Shown piece after piece: positions 35,561-47,650 of a DNA stretch of 64,000 nt. Below the pieces are notes generated by a model. That model saw only the letters and a program-made list of their open reading frames with translations, had not been told where the DNA came from and searched no databases. A program made the position numbers and the translations under genes. The stretch's first letter is position 1; every line of letters begins with the position of its first letter. Origin of the DNA: Octopus sinensis (lineage: Eukaryota); assembly GCF_006345805.1 (NCBI RefSeq), contig NC_043000.1, positions 2,108,001 through 2,172,000 on the forward strand. The letters are read 5' to 3'.

Positions 35561-36011
35561 TTATTAGAAGAAGTAGTGGCAGCTACAGCTGCAACAGTGT
35601 TAGTAGTAGTAGTAGTAGTAGTAGTAGTAGGACTGTCTGAGGATGGCATTAAGGGAAGAGGTAGTTCTTAAAGCACTCACTTTTAGTCACTTAAACTGTT
35701 ACCCTAATTCTATCATAGGCCTACACTAAGAGCACAAGTGTTTGTGAAATACTTGGTTACTACAATGATTTCATTTATTGAACCAAACAGCTGCCAGATC
35801 CATTCATTTAAAGAGGGAGTGACAGCTCGTTTTGTGGGAGTGGGCAATGCTAAATGTGAGTTTAAGGCGGGGTAGTGGGAAGTTTTATGGGCTGGACATT
35901 GGTTGATATGATGCAATGAATATGGTGTATTATGGTGTATATACTGTGTACAGGATGTATGATATTTGTGTTTACGATCATGACAAGTTATGATTTAGCT
36001 TAACGTTATCT

Positions 36012-36398
36012 TCTAATGGATGGAAGCACTCCGTCGGTTACGACGACGAGGGTTCCGGTTGATCCGATCAATGGAACAGCCTGCTCGTGAAATTAACGTG
36101 TAAGTGGCTGAGCACTCCACAGACACAGGTACCCTTAACGTAGTTCTCAGGGATATTCAGCGTGACACAGAGAGTGACAAAGCCAGCCCTTTGAAATACA
36201 GGCACAACAGAAACAGGAAGTAAGAGTGAGAGAAAGTTGTGGTGAAAGAGTACAGCAGGGATCACCACCATCCCCTGCCGGAGCCTCGTGGAGCTTTTTA
36301 GGTGTTTTCGCTCAATAAACACTCACAACGCCCGGTCTGGGAAGCGATCCTATGACCGCGAGTCCACTGCCCTAACCACTGGGCCATTGCGCTTCCAC
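36012..36398 (-). mobile_element. SINE with family-A head and a distinct central/3' domain
   Basis: A head at 36398, then gagaactacgttaagggtacc..gagtgctcagccacttacacgttaatttcacgagcaggctgttcc; the same domain occurs at 19522-19835 and ~21640-21720. Confidence 0.8.
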
Positions 36399-36656
36399 TA
36401 TTTTCTAATATTGCTTGTCTCAGAAGATAGTTATATTTCAAAGCTTCTCTTTGACTGGGTGGGGATGGAGGTTTGGGTGTGTGTGTGTGGTGGTGGTGGT
36501 CACAAGAAGGGAGAGGATTTTCTATATACTTTGAGCTAGGGTGTTTATGTTAGTCTATGTGTATATACGTTTGAGTGAGGTATCTGTGCATGTGTGCTCA
36601 TGTAAGTACAAAGAATATGCTTGATTTAAAGATCTTCACTCAGCTGAGTTACACAC

Positions 36657-36710
<54 letters not shown>

Positions 36711-37085
36711 TGCACAAATACATACATCCTTACACAGACACATATGCATGAATGCATGTATATGTATGTTTGTGTGTGTGTGTATATATATATATATTAT
36801 ATATATATATATACACATGAGGGAGAATGGCAGTAAATTCTCATTAACGCTAATGACTTTTTTCTCATTAGAGTTGTAGTTTCAATTAATTGAAAATTAT
36901 TTTTGCTCACCACCTCATACACACACACACACACACACACATCGGTTTTCAATCACATGGTTCCATGTCCAATCCCACTGTGTGGTGTCTTGGGCTAGTA
37001 TCTTCTACTGTAGTCCCAGTTTGACTAATTATTCTTGGAAAGAATTATTTCCTGTTATTGAACTTTCTAAATGCTTATGATGTCC

Positions 37086-37149
<64 letters not shown>

Positions 37150-37217
37150 ATAAAAAATATCTACATATACATACACACACAATAATTTCTCACTCTGTCT
37201 GTCTGTCTGTCTGCCTG

Positions 37218-37290
<73 letters not shown>

Positions 37291-37330
37291 GATATATATA
37301 CGGGTGTGTGTGATTGTGTATAGAAGAATA

Positions 37331-37564
37331 TATTAATAAAAGGAATTCCAACCTTGTCTGATTTTCATGTTTTATTTACAATCTTATAATGATATAATAT
37401 AATAAAATAAAATAAAATAATAGAATGTTAACAGAATGAACATTTAACATTCTATTATTTTATTTTATTTTATTTTATTTTATTATATTATCTTATATTA
37501 TATTATATCATTATAAGATTGTAAATAAAACATGAAAATCAGACAAGGCTGGAATTCCTTTTAT

Positions 37565-37569
<5 letters not shown>
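37331..37569. repeat. Long fold-back inverted repeat (~100-bp arms, 12-nt loop)
   Basis: tattaataaaaggaattccaaccttgtctgattttcatgttttatttacaatcttataatgatataatata..gaatgttaa is mirrored on the right, which has extra TATTT-type units. Confidence 0.9.
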
Positions 37570-37602
<33 letters not shown>

Positions 37603-38289
37603 ACATAGCAGTAATAAGGATCTGAAGAATCAAACAGGTGTGAAACAGCTGTAAATGAACGGAATAAACATCTCTCTCACATCACTTCTCTTATCTGTTC
37701 TACACACACACACACATACATATATATAATACACACACACACACACATGTATTTAACACACATGCAATACACATATCATTTAATGTCCGTTTTCCATGTT
37801 GGCATGGGTAGGAGGGTTCAACAGCAACTGGCAGACTAGAGACCTACACCAGACTCCAATTGTCTGTTTTGGCACGGTTTCTATGGCTGGATGCCCTTCC
37901 TAATGCCAACCACTTAATAGAGTGGATTGGGTGCTTTTTATATGTACTCTTTTTCTCTATGTCTCAGTCTTATGCCAACTGGAATCAATATAGGACAACT
38001 GCTGTGCTGATGATGTCTGTTGAGTTTTGTCTCCAGAAGAAACACTCATTTCTTTACTGACAAGTCAATTCTGAAGAATTATAGATTCTTGAGATTATCA
38101 ACCGTTCTCAGTCAGAGTGAATCACAAATGCTGTCAGGTATTTGTTTACTGTCTCTTGAAGGGAAAGTGTTTTCATTAAATCATGAATTTAATCATGTTT
38201 ATTATTTAATATACCTGTAATTTTATTTTGTTGTCCAAATTCATGCCACAGTGCTATTTCTCTTAGCTTCTTTCTATTCTCTCTCTCTC

Positions 38290-38368
<79 letters not shown>

Positions 38369-38984
38369 AAGAGAACAAAGTGTGCGTATGCCGCTATATA
38401 TATATATATAAAATAAAATACAAAATGGGGCAAGAACGCAAAACATCCGGACAACTAGGTGATACAAAAAGGGACAACAAAACATCCTATCTGGATGTAT
38501 GTATGTATGTAGGTGTGTATAATGTGTTTAAGTATGAGTGTGCTTGTGTTTACAAGTGTAAAACAAATAGTAAGTTCACTGAACTGAACCCCTTTATATA
38601 AAAATAGCATCTTTGGAAATAGAGTAATGACTAAACTGAAATACATACTGCGGATGTTATGAGTTACTAAGACACTTAAAAAGGTGCTATCCTAAAATAG
38701 TCCAGTGACTGCCACCAGAAAAAGTGTGTGTGTGTGTGTATACACGCACATGCATGCATGCACACACACACACACGCAATCACTAGATATAGTTGATATG
38801 ATTTTCATGGCTCACTATGTAACATAATCTATTGTACACAATATTTATATTATTCGTGTGTAACAATTGATTGGTAAACTATAGAACAAAATCGACGACA
38901 TAAAATATTAAAGACACAACATTTATATTATTCATTATTCACCAGTTTACTGATAAGTATTTTAAATCAACTTATACACACATA

Positions 38985-39410
38985 TAGATGCAGGTGTGGG
39001 TTTGTAATCAAGAACTTTGCTTCCCAACTAGATAGTTTTATGTGCAGTGGCTTGTGCAATAGCCCCTGGTTGACCAAAGCCTATGAGTGGACCTGGTTAG
39101 TGGAAAATGAAAGAAGACCTTTTTATATATACACGTGTGTGACTGTTTATGTATGTATGTATGTGTGTGTAAGTTTTTGTTTCCTTGTTTGACATTGTGT
39201 GTTAGTTGTGAGTGAGTGTCACTGTCATACAAGCTGTGTCATTCATTTCCAATATTCCAGGTGCAGAAGTACACCTGGCCAGGGAAAAATATTATCTTGC
39301 TTGGAAACAGGTGAATGTATGTGTCAGGTATGGTATTCAGCTGTAGAAAATCTGCCTTGATAAACTCTATGCAAGCATGGAAAAGTAGGTGTTAAAATGG
39401 ATGATGATGA
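38985..39410 (+). mobile_element. Family-E SINE (B-type head, RTE-type tail), old
   Basis: atagatgcaggtgtgg head, gaccaaagcc, aaaatattatcttgcttggaaacagg, gcaagcatggaaaag..(gat)n. Confidence 0.65.
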
Positions 39411-39429
39411 TTTCATATATATATATATA

Positions 39430-39739
39430 TCACTGATCACCGTGACCAACCAGGCTATCAGACGTTGCTACACATCACTGGTCACAATGCGCCTTGCATT
39501 GTTTTAGCCTTCAAATGACGCCACCCCACTGGCTAAGTGAGCAGGCCAACAGAAGAAAGAGTGAGAGAAAGTTGTGGTGAAAGAGTACAGCAGGGATCGC
39601 CACCACACCCTGCTGGAGCCTCATGGAGCTTTAGGTGTTTTCGCTCAATAAACACTCACAATGCCCGGTCTGGGAATCAAAACCGCGATCCTATGACCGC
39701 GAGTCTCCTGCTCTAACCACTGGGCCATTGCACCTCTAC
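39430..39739 (-). mobile_element. Family-A SINE
   Basis: Full-length reverse-complement match. Confidence 0.85.
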
Positions 39740-39754
39740 ATATATATATATATA

Positions 39755-41238
39755 TCTTTTATTTTTTTCAGTCATTAGACTGCAGCCATGGTGGGACACC
39801 ACCTTGAAGAATTTTTAGTTTAAACAATTTACCTCGGTACTTATTTTCTGTTAAGCCTGATACTTATTCTACTGGTCTCTTTTGCTGAACCACTAAGTTA
39901 TAGGTATGTAAACATGCCAACGCTTGTTATCAAGTGGTGGTAGGGACAAACACAGACACAAATTCACACACATATATGACGGGCTTTTTTTAGTTTCCTT
40001 CTATCAAATCTAATCTCAAGGTTTTGGTTGACCCAAATCTATAGTAGAAGATACTTACCCAAGATGCCACACAGTGGGACTGAACTTGGAACGATGTGGT
40101 TGGGAAGCAAACTTCTTACCACACAGCCATGCCTGCACCTATATATATATACTCTTTTCTCTTTTACTCTTTTACTTGTTGCGGCCATGCTGGAGCACCG
40201 CCTTTAATTGAGCAACTCGACCCCGGGACTTATTCTTTTGTAATCCCAGTACTTATTCTATCGGTCTCTTTTGCCGAACCGCTAAGTAATGGGGACATAA
40301 ACACACCAGCATCGGTTGTCAAGCAATGCTAGGGGACAAACACATGCACACAAACACAAACACGCATATATATATATATATACATATATACGACGGGCTT
40401 CATTCAGTTTCCGTCTACCAAATCCACTCACAAGGCTTTGGTCAGCCCGAGGTTATAGTAGAAGACACTCGCCCAAGGTGCCACGCAGAGGGACTGAACC
40501 CGGAACCATGTGGGTGGTAAACAAGCTACTTACCACACAGCCACTCCTACGCCTATATATATATATATTTTTTTTTTTTTTTCTAAAATTTAACTAAAAA
40601 CATAACAAACAGAAAATTTGTTGCTTATTCCTCATCAATCAACATCTAAAAGCTCTTTGCAACTTTGCACCTTTATCATTGATACAGTTCACTTTTTGGT
40701 GGTGTCAGAGGCAAAAAGCCACTGGGAATAGCAAATGAATGTACAAGACAATGATGAAAACAAACACAACAAAATAAAACATACATATACAACAAAAAAA
40801 GCTGTGAGGCTGCAAAACAAATATATATATATATAATTATATATATATAGGTGCAGGCGTGGCTGTGTGGTAAGTAGCTTGTTTACCAACCACATGGTTC
40901 CGGGTTCAGTCCCACTGCGTGGCACCTTGGGCAAGTGTCTTCTACTATAGCCTTGGGCCGACCAAAGCCTTGTGAGTGGATTTGGTTGACGGAAGCTGAA
41001 AGAAGCCCGTCGTATATATGTATATATATGTATGCGTGTCTATGTTTGTGTGTCTGTGTTTGTCCCCCTAGCATTGTTCATGTCCCTGTTACTTAGCGGT
41101 TCGGCAAAAGAGACCGATAGAATAAGTACTGGGCTTACAAAAGAATAAGTCCCGGGGTCGAGTTGCTCGATTAAAAGGCGGTGCTCCAGCATGGCTGCAG
41201 TCAAATGACTGAAACAAGTAAAAGAGTAAAAGAGTAAG
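39755..41238. mobile_element. Cluster of three family-B SINEs (39755-40140 -, 40152-40555 -, 40848-41238 +)
   Basis: B consensus blocks in each copy. Confidence 0.85.
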
Positions 41239-41240
41239 AG

Positions 41241-41469
41241 TATATATAATTGTTAAAGAGGACAACAAACATTAAGGCAAGGCAAACATCTCAAGTTTGT
41301 ACGATATTATCATTGGAAAAAATTCAAAGTCTTACAGTTGTTTCTGGGATATCTGCAAGTACAGGATATTCTGTCATCAGAGACAAATATTTTCCAATAA
41401 TAATATTGTACATGACTTGAGATGAGTGCCTTGCTTTAATGTTTATTGTCCTCTTTAACAATTATATAT
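41241..41469. mobile_element. Fold-back element (~80-bp inverted arms) enclosing a hammerhead motif
   Basis: ataattgttaaagaggacaacaaacattaaggcaaggca..tcaagt..gtac.atattat.attggaaaa is mirrored at ~41388-41466; TA flanks. Confidence 0.85.
41329..41384 (-). ncRNA. Type-I hammerhead motif (decayed helix II) at the apex of the fold-back
   Basis: Minus strand: gtct-CTGATGA-cagaatatc(ctgtacttgca)gatatccca-GAAA-caact-GTA-agac. Confidence 0.7.
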
Positions 41470-41604
41470 CCGCTGCATCGGAAATCTGCAATGGCTTCCA
41501 TAACTACCATCTTGGCTGTAACCTTGGAGCCCTAGTAATCTATTACAGCACTTTCCTAGCATACCTAATTGTTTAGTTCACCTGTGAACTAAACACCCAT
41601 ACTT

Positions 41605-41638
<34 letters not shown>

Positions 41639-42090
41639 AAATTATAATTTAGGGTATCTAAGAGATACTACCACGCTGGAAATAGCAGCCAAAACCTGAC
41701 TCTAAAACCACATTAAATATTCATACAGCACCAGGAGATAAGACAAAATAAACTAACAAAAAATTACTGGATAATTCCAGATCTTGGATTTCTGACTCTG
41801 CATAAGAAATGCTTTTCTTCTTCAGTGGAATATATGCAGAAAGTAACATAAATACACATAAATATGCATATAACATACGAATACTTACATATACGAACGT
41901 ATACATACTTAATATGCATGTATGCAACACAACCAGTTTAAATTGCCCGCCTCATAACTCCTTGTGCGATATGTTTAGAACATATTTACTGCGTTAATCC
42001 AAACTAGAAAGCACAAAAAAACATAACAACGCGAGGATGTGGAACAAATATAGTATTATTGGACGCTCAGGAAAGAAGGAAAGAAGGAGG

Positions 42091-42125
42091 GTTTAACGTT
42101 TCGAGCGGAGCTCTTCATCGGAAAC
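42091..42125 (-). ncRNA. Minimal type-I hammerhead motif, variant core
   Basis: Minus strand: gttt-CCGATGA-A-gagc(tcc)gctc-GAAA-c-GTT-aaac; palindrome AACGTT; flank gcgctcaggaa/acgctcaggaa shared with the 21-kb element. Confidence 0.7.
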
Positions 42126-43719
42126 TTAGGAGAAGGAAAGATCCAGAGAAGGGAAGACAGAAAAAAAATTGCCAACGGTACACACGCAGTCACATTTTTT
42201 ATATATATAAAGCTGTTATATTTTTGTAAGAATCCACAGCTCAGTGGCATAACTACTGTGCTTCTTTCTCACTGACTGGACTTTGAGTTGTGGGTTTATG
42301 TCCGGCCTTATGCTATTTGATCTGATATCACAGTAATGTTGCAACATATTAAGATTTGTTAAAGTGTTTCCAACATAGTCACACCATAACAGAATAATAT
42401 TATAAATATATTATGTGTTTGATTTCTAAGCTACATGATGATACCTGCCAAGAATCAAAGTTGATTAATAAGGCAAAGATCAAAGGTTTTAATACCATGA
42501 AACTCTGCTCAAGTGATGCCAATTTACCTTTAATTTTAGAGAGAGAAAGAGAAACTAGTTTCCAATGCATTTAGCATTTCCAATAACAATAAACATTTCT
42601 CCTAGAGACATCATCATCATCGTTTAACAATGATGATGGTGATGTCTCTAGGAGAAACATTTGAGAAAGTTCCAATATTTCTTTATAGAACAGTATTTTA
42701 TGAAGAACAAGTGTATGTAGTTCTTTCTAAGGTGTGTTAATTTCTCGTTGTAAAGGTAAAAGTTGTAAATAACATCTCTAAAGATATAAGAAGTGGCAAG
42801 TGTACAAAGAACATAGTTTTCAAAGCTGTTTTCTCCTAAGACTGCACCTTAGATATTACCTGTGTGGATTTCATACCATCTCCAGGATCAAATACTTCAG
42901 AAAAAAATATGATTTAAAGATAAATTATGCAATTCCTTGTTTATTGTAAGCATCTGTCAATCTTTTAGTTTTCTGTAAGCTTCTAACAATCTTATAGTTT
43001 TCATAAAGGTATACCTGCAGGAGTGTACCCCCTACCACAAATTTATTTCCTCATAACTTTCAGGAAAATGGATATTTTTTAATGAAATTTTCTGAAAAAA
43101 ACCTTTGTCATAATGTGGATTATGATTTATTGGAATTTGAATGCAAAAAAAAAAAAAAACAAAACAAAAAAAACTGACAGGCTATAACACATACACTGAC
43201 ATACATCACTTAATTTTATAAGGTAGCAAGCCTAAAATATAAACAGTCTTTGGGATGATGCTGGTGAGCTAAGACAGTTAATACCATTTACTTACAATAT
43301 TTTCATATTGAAGCAGAAAAAAAAAAATTCTTCTATTATATGCCCCGTTACACAACATAATTATTTCTAGCCACTGATGAAATTTTTTTAAAGTATTTTT
43401 TCTTAGTATATACTTTTCTGATTAAGCTTTTATTTCGTGTATTAAAATATGTTAAAACTAAAATAACCATTGTTTTTCTTACTGAAGGCATTTCTAAATC
43501 ATTTAATTTCTAAACAGTTCTGTTCTATATTTATATATCATGTTCTATATTTATATATATATATATATAACAATAACATTGTTGGTTATAAGGTCAATCA
43601 CTGATTCATAGTACTTCCAATAGTAAGAGTGACAACAAAGAATCTGTAACTCAGGTGAAATAATTATCACAAGATGCTTTTATTTGAAAGCTCCAATTTA
43701 TCATTTATCATTCCTCAGG

Positions 43720-45440
43720 CATGCATGTGTAGTTAAGAAGTTTGCAACCACATGGTTTTGAGTTCAGTCCTATTGAATGGTACCTTGGGCAAGTGTTTTC
43801 AACTATAGCACTTGGCTGGCCAATGCCTCATGAATAAATTTGGTTAAGTGGAAACTGTGTGAAAGACCATTATATGTATGTCCGTATGTATATATATATA
43901 TATATATTATATATATATATGTGTGTGTGTTTTTGTCCCCCTCCATCACTTGACGACCAGTGTTGGTTTGTTTACATCCATGTAAACTAGGGATTCAGTA
44001 AGAGAGACTGACAGAATAAGCGCTAGACTTAAAACTAAGTACTGAGGTTGATTTGTTTGACTAGACCCATCAAGAAGGTACCCCAGCATGGCCGCAGTCC
44101 AAGGAATGAAACAAGAGATAATAGATGAAGGGCATTAGTGAAACAGTCATTAGAATGTTGAACAGAATGGTTTGCAGTATTCCTTCTAGCTATCTATGTT
44201 CTGGTGTTCTGGGTTCAAACCTTTTATTTTTTAAGGTCGGTAAATATAATACTAATCCAATACTGGGGGTGTCTATTCTTTTCTCTGGAAGAAATTGGCT
44301 GGCATAAAATGCCTAAGACACCATATACTGCAATGGCATTGCACCCCTGAATCCATCCAAAGTTGAGGACCCAAAGAAGTGGCATGTGGCCCAGTGGTTA
44401 AAGTGTTGGCCTCACAATCATGAGGTAGTGAGTTTGATTCCTGGACTGGGCTGTGTGTTGTGTTCTTGAGCACATTGCTCCAGTTCATTCAGCTGTAGAA
44501 ATGAGTTGCAATATCACTGGTGCCAAGCTGTATCAGTCTTTACCTTTCCCTTGGATAACATTATTGGTGTGAAGAGAGGAGGCTGGTATGCATGAGCAAC
44601 TGCTGGTCTTCCATAAACAACCTTGCCCGGACTTGAGCCTCGGAGGGTAACTAAGAATGTAAAGAGTTGGAAGAAATTCCACAAAGCTGTTTTTCTGAAG
44701 CTTCAAAAATTCTACCATTTCACTATCCAATCATATCATCTAACATAGATCCCAAGTCAAATATTTTGTGAAAGTGATGTATTCATTTAAATAGATCCTA
44801 GAATATAACTGGTACTTATTTTCTGAAACCCAGAAGTATTAAAGGCTGAATTTGAATAATGTGTTAAGGACACACAGGCACATTCTAGCATTTGCACATA
44901 ACCACAAATTTTTGTAGAAGGATATACTTGATAAAATTGACTTCAGTATTGGACTAGTACATAATTTATTGAAACTAGAAGAACGAAAGACAAAATAAAA
45001 ATTTAAAAAAAAAGGGTATTTGGGCTCAGATATAGGCACAGGTATGGTGAGGTGGTTAAGAAGCTTGCTTTCCAACAATATATTTGTGGGTTCAGTACCT
45101 CGGTGTGGCAGCTTAGGTGTCTTCCACTATAGCTTCATGTTGACCAAAGCTTTGCAAGTGGATTTGGTAAATGGAAACTGAAAGAAGCCCATTTATGTGT
45201 GTGTGTGTTTGTACACTTGTCTTGACATTATATGATGGTTGTAAATAAGCATCACTGTCATACAGGTGGTGTTGTTTGTTTCCAGTCTTCTGTAGAAAAC
45301 ATATCTAGCCTTGGGAACTATTACAGGTGAGGGTTGGCAGCAGGAAAGGTATCTGGTGGTGGAAAATATGCCTAAACAAATTCCATCTGACTCATGCAAG
45401 CATGGAAAAGTGGACATTAAATGGTGATAATGATGAAGAA
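43720..45440 (+). mobile_element. Three old SINEs: B (43720-44115), F (44388-44680), E (45030-45440)
   Basis: tRNA-like heads and family-specific bodies as described for the other copies. Confidence 0.65.
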
Positions 45441-45529
45441 CATATGGGTATGTAACTAAATACTACAAGGAATTTTGTCAGCTGCTATACCATTTCTGTT
45501 ATCCATGAATAAATGTATCTATTCTACAT

Positions 45530-46000
45530 ATTATTTCTTTATTGCCCACAAGGGGCTAAACATAGAGGGGACAAACAAGGACAAGCAAAGGGATTAAGTC
45601 GATTACATTGACCCAAGTGCGTAATTGGTACTAATTTTATCGACCCAGAAAGGATGAAAGGCAAAGTCGACCTTGGTGGAATTTGAACTCAGAATGTAAC
45701 GGCAAATGAAATACCGCTAAGCATTTTGCCCGGTGTGCTAATGTTTCTGCTAGCTCACCACCTTAGTTTTTCTTTACTACCCACAAGGGGCTAAACACAG
45801 GGAGGACAAACAAGGACAGACAAACGGATTAAGTCAATTATATCGATCCCAGTGCGTAACTGGTACTTAATTTATCGACCCCGAAAGGATGAAAGGCAAA
45901 GCTGACCTCAGCGGAATTTGAACTCAGAACGTAACAGCAGACGAAATACCGCTAAGCATTTCGCCCAGCATGCTAACGTTTCTGCCAGCTCACCACCTTC
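45530..46000 (-). mobile_element. Two tandem family-C SINEs
   Basis: tttctttattgcccacaaggggctaaac..gctcaccacctt occurs twice. Confidence 0.9.
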
Positions 46001-46267
46001 TATTCTGCATATGTCAAACTACTTAGTTTCAAGTCTCTATGGTACACAGATGAACCTCCCATCTCATTAGCTCCATGTAGTTGACTCATCAGATATCACA
46101 TAAAATATGTTGGGTCTTTTCTTTTTTCATGACAAAATGACAATAGTGTGTTAATAATTAATACAGCAAATATTGAATGAATATATTGTTGTGCAGAAGT
46201 GAGCCAAAACATTGAAAAATTACACTGATTTAGCTATTGAATCAAAGACATTGCAGTATAAGAAATG

Positions 46268-46782
46268 TACCGTAAATCCTTAAGTATAATCCACATTTTT
46301 TTCCCAAAATTTAAGGGTCAAAATCCTTACTATGTACTATATACGAGGTTAAAAATGAAAAATATTTTCTAAGCAATGTCCGAGTCTCTATTTGCTGTCC
46401 GGCAATGTTTATTCAAACGCATTTTGTGATGTCGGGCGCGAAAATACCTTAAGCTAAGCCTGAAAGCAATGAAGTCATAAAAGAATCATCCATAACTTGC
46501 AGTAAGCAACATTTATTAAACATTATTACTGTTATTCTTTATTTTCTACAAACATAATGGACAAAAAAGCTACACGTTTTCATTGTGTTATATGTACAAT
46601 AATAATAAAGGACGTTACCGTATACATTTTTACAAACCAAGGATGTTATATAGACCTCCTTGACTCAAGTTAGAGAAGGGGTGCGTATTATACACAAGGT
46701 TTAGGTTTTTCAGAGGTACAGCCCCCTAAAAATCCCGTGTGTGTTATACTCAAGGGCGGACTATACTCGAGGATTTATGGTA
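46268..46782. mobile_element. TA-flanked pogo/Tigger-like MITE (~515 bp)
   Basis: TA-ccgtaaatccttaagtataatcc .. ggactatactcgaggatttatgg-TA (23-bp TIR, 4 mismatches); superfamily assignment is inference. Confidence 0.75.
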
Positions 46783-47009
46783 TCTATTATTTTACTTATT
46801 ATTGGTTTCACTGAATTTATGCACAACTATATCTGTAAAGATATCAACAATTTTCCTCTAAGGAAAAGTTCAATAGGTGTGTTCTTGAAAATAGTAATCC
46901 AATCCTAGGGTCTTTGGTGCCTTGCTGTACACAATAAGACTCATCCTCCAAAGCAAAATTGTTAATGTTTCTCCCCTTGCTGAAGAATATTGGCCTGCAA
47001 GAGCCTTTT

Positions 47010-47650
47010 GCTGATTCTACATAAAAAGCATCTTTGCTGGTGTCACATAAAAAGCTTCCATGCAAGCACCCATGCTGATGCCACGTAAAAGCACCCACAC
47101 CACCCTGTAAAGTGGTTGGCATTTGGGAAAGGCATACAGCCATAGAAACCATGCCAAATCAGACTGGTACCTGGTGCAGCTCTTCTGCTGGCCAGCTCTG
47201 GTCAAACCATTCAACCCATGCCAGCATGGAAAATAGATGTTAAATGATAATGGTACTCTCTTTACTCTTTTACTTGTTCCAGTCATTTGACTGTGGCCAT
47301 GCTGGAGCACCACCTTTAGTCGAGCAAATCGACCCCAGGTCTTATTTTTTGTAAGCCTAGTACTTATTCCATCAGTCTCTTTTACCGAACTGCTAAGTTA
47401 CGGGGACGTAAACACACCAGCATCGGTTGTCAAGTGATGTTGGGGGGGACAAACACAGACACACAAACACTCACACATATATATACATATATACGACGGG
47501 CTTCTTTCAGTTTCCATCTACCAAATCCACTCACAAGGCTTTGGTCGGCCTGAGGCTATAGTAGAAGACACTTGCCCAAGGTGCCACGCGGTGAGACTGA
47601 ACCCGGAACCATGTGGTTGGTAAGCAAGCTACTTACCACACAGCCACTTG
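47010..47650. mobile_element. RTE 3'UTR fragment (47010-47252 +) abutting a family-B SINE (47255-47650 -)
   Basis: Family-diagnostic blocks. Confidence 0.8.

Noticed and set aside
38020-38139. Plus-strand AG..GT-bounded open segment
   Set aside because: Phase incompatible with the 35719 candidate and peptide not protein-like; chance splice sites are common here
41570-41595. 12-bp perfect hairpin tgtttagttcac/gtgaactaaaca
   Set aside because: Short, AT-rich and borderline for chance in 64 kb, with no supporting context
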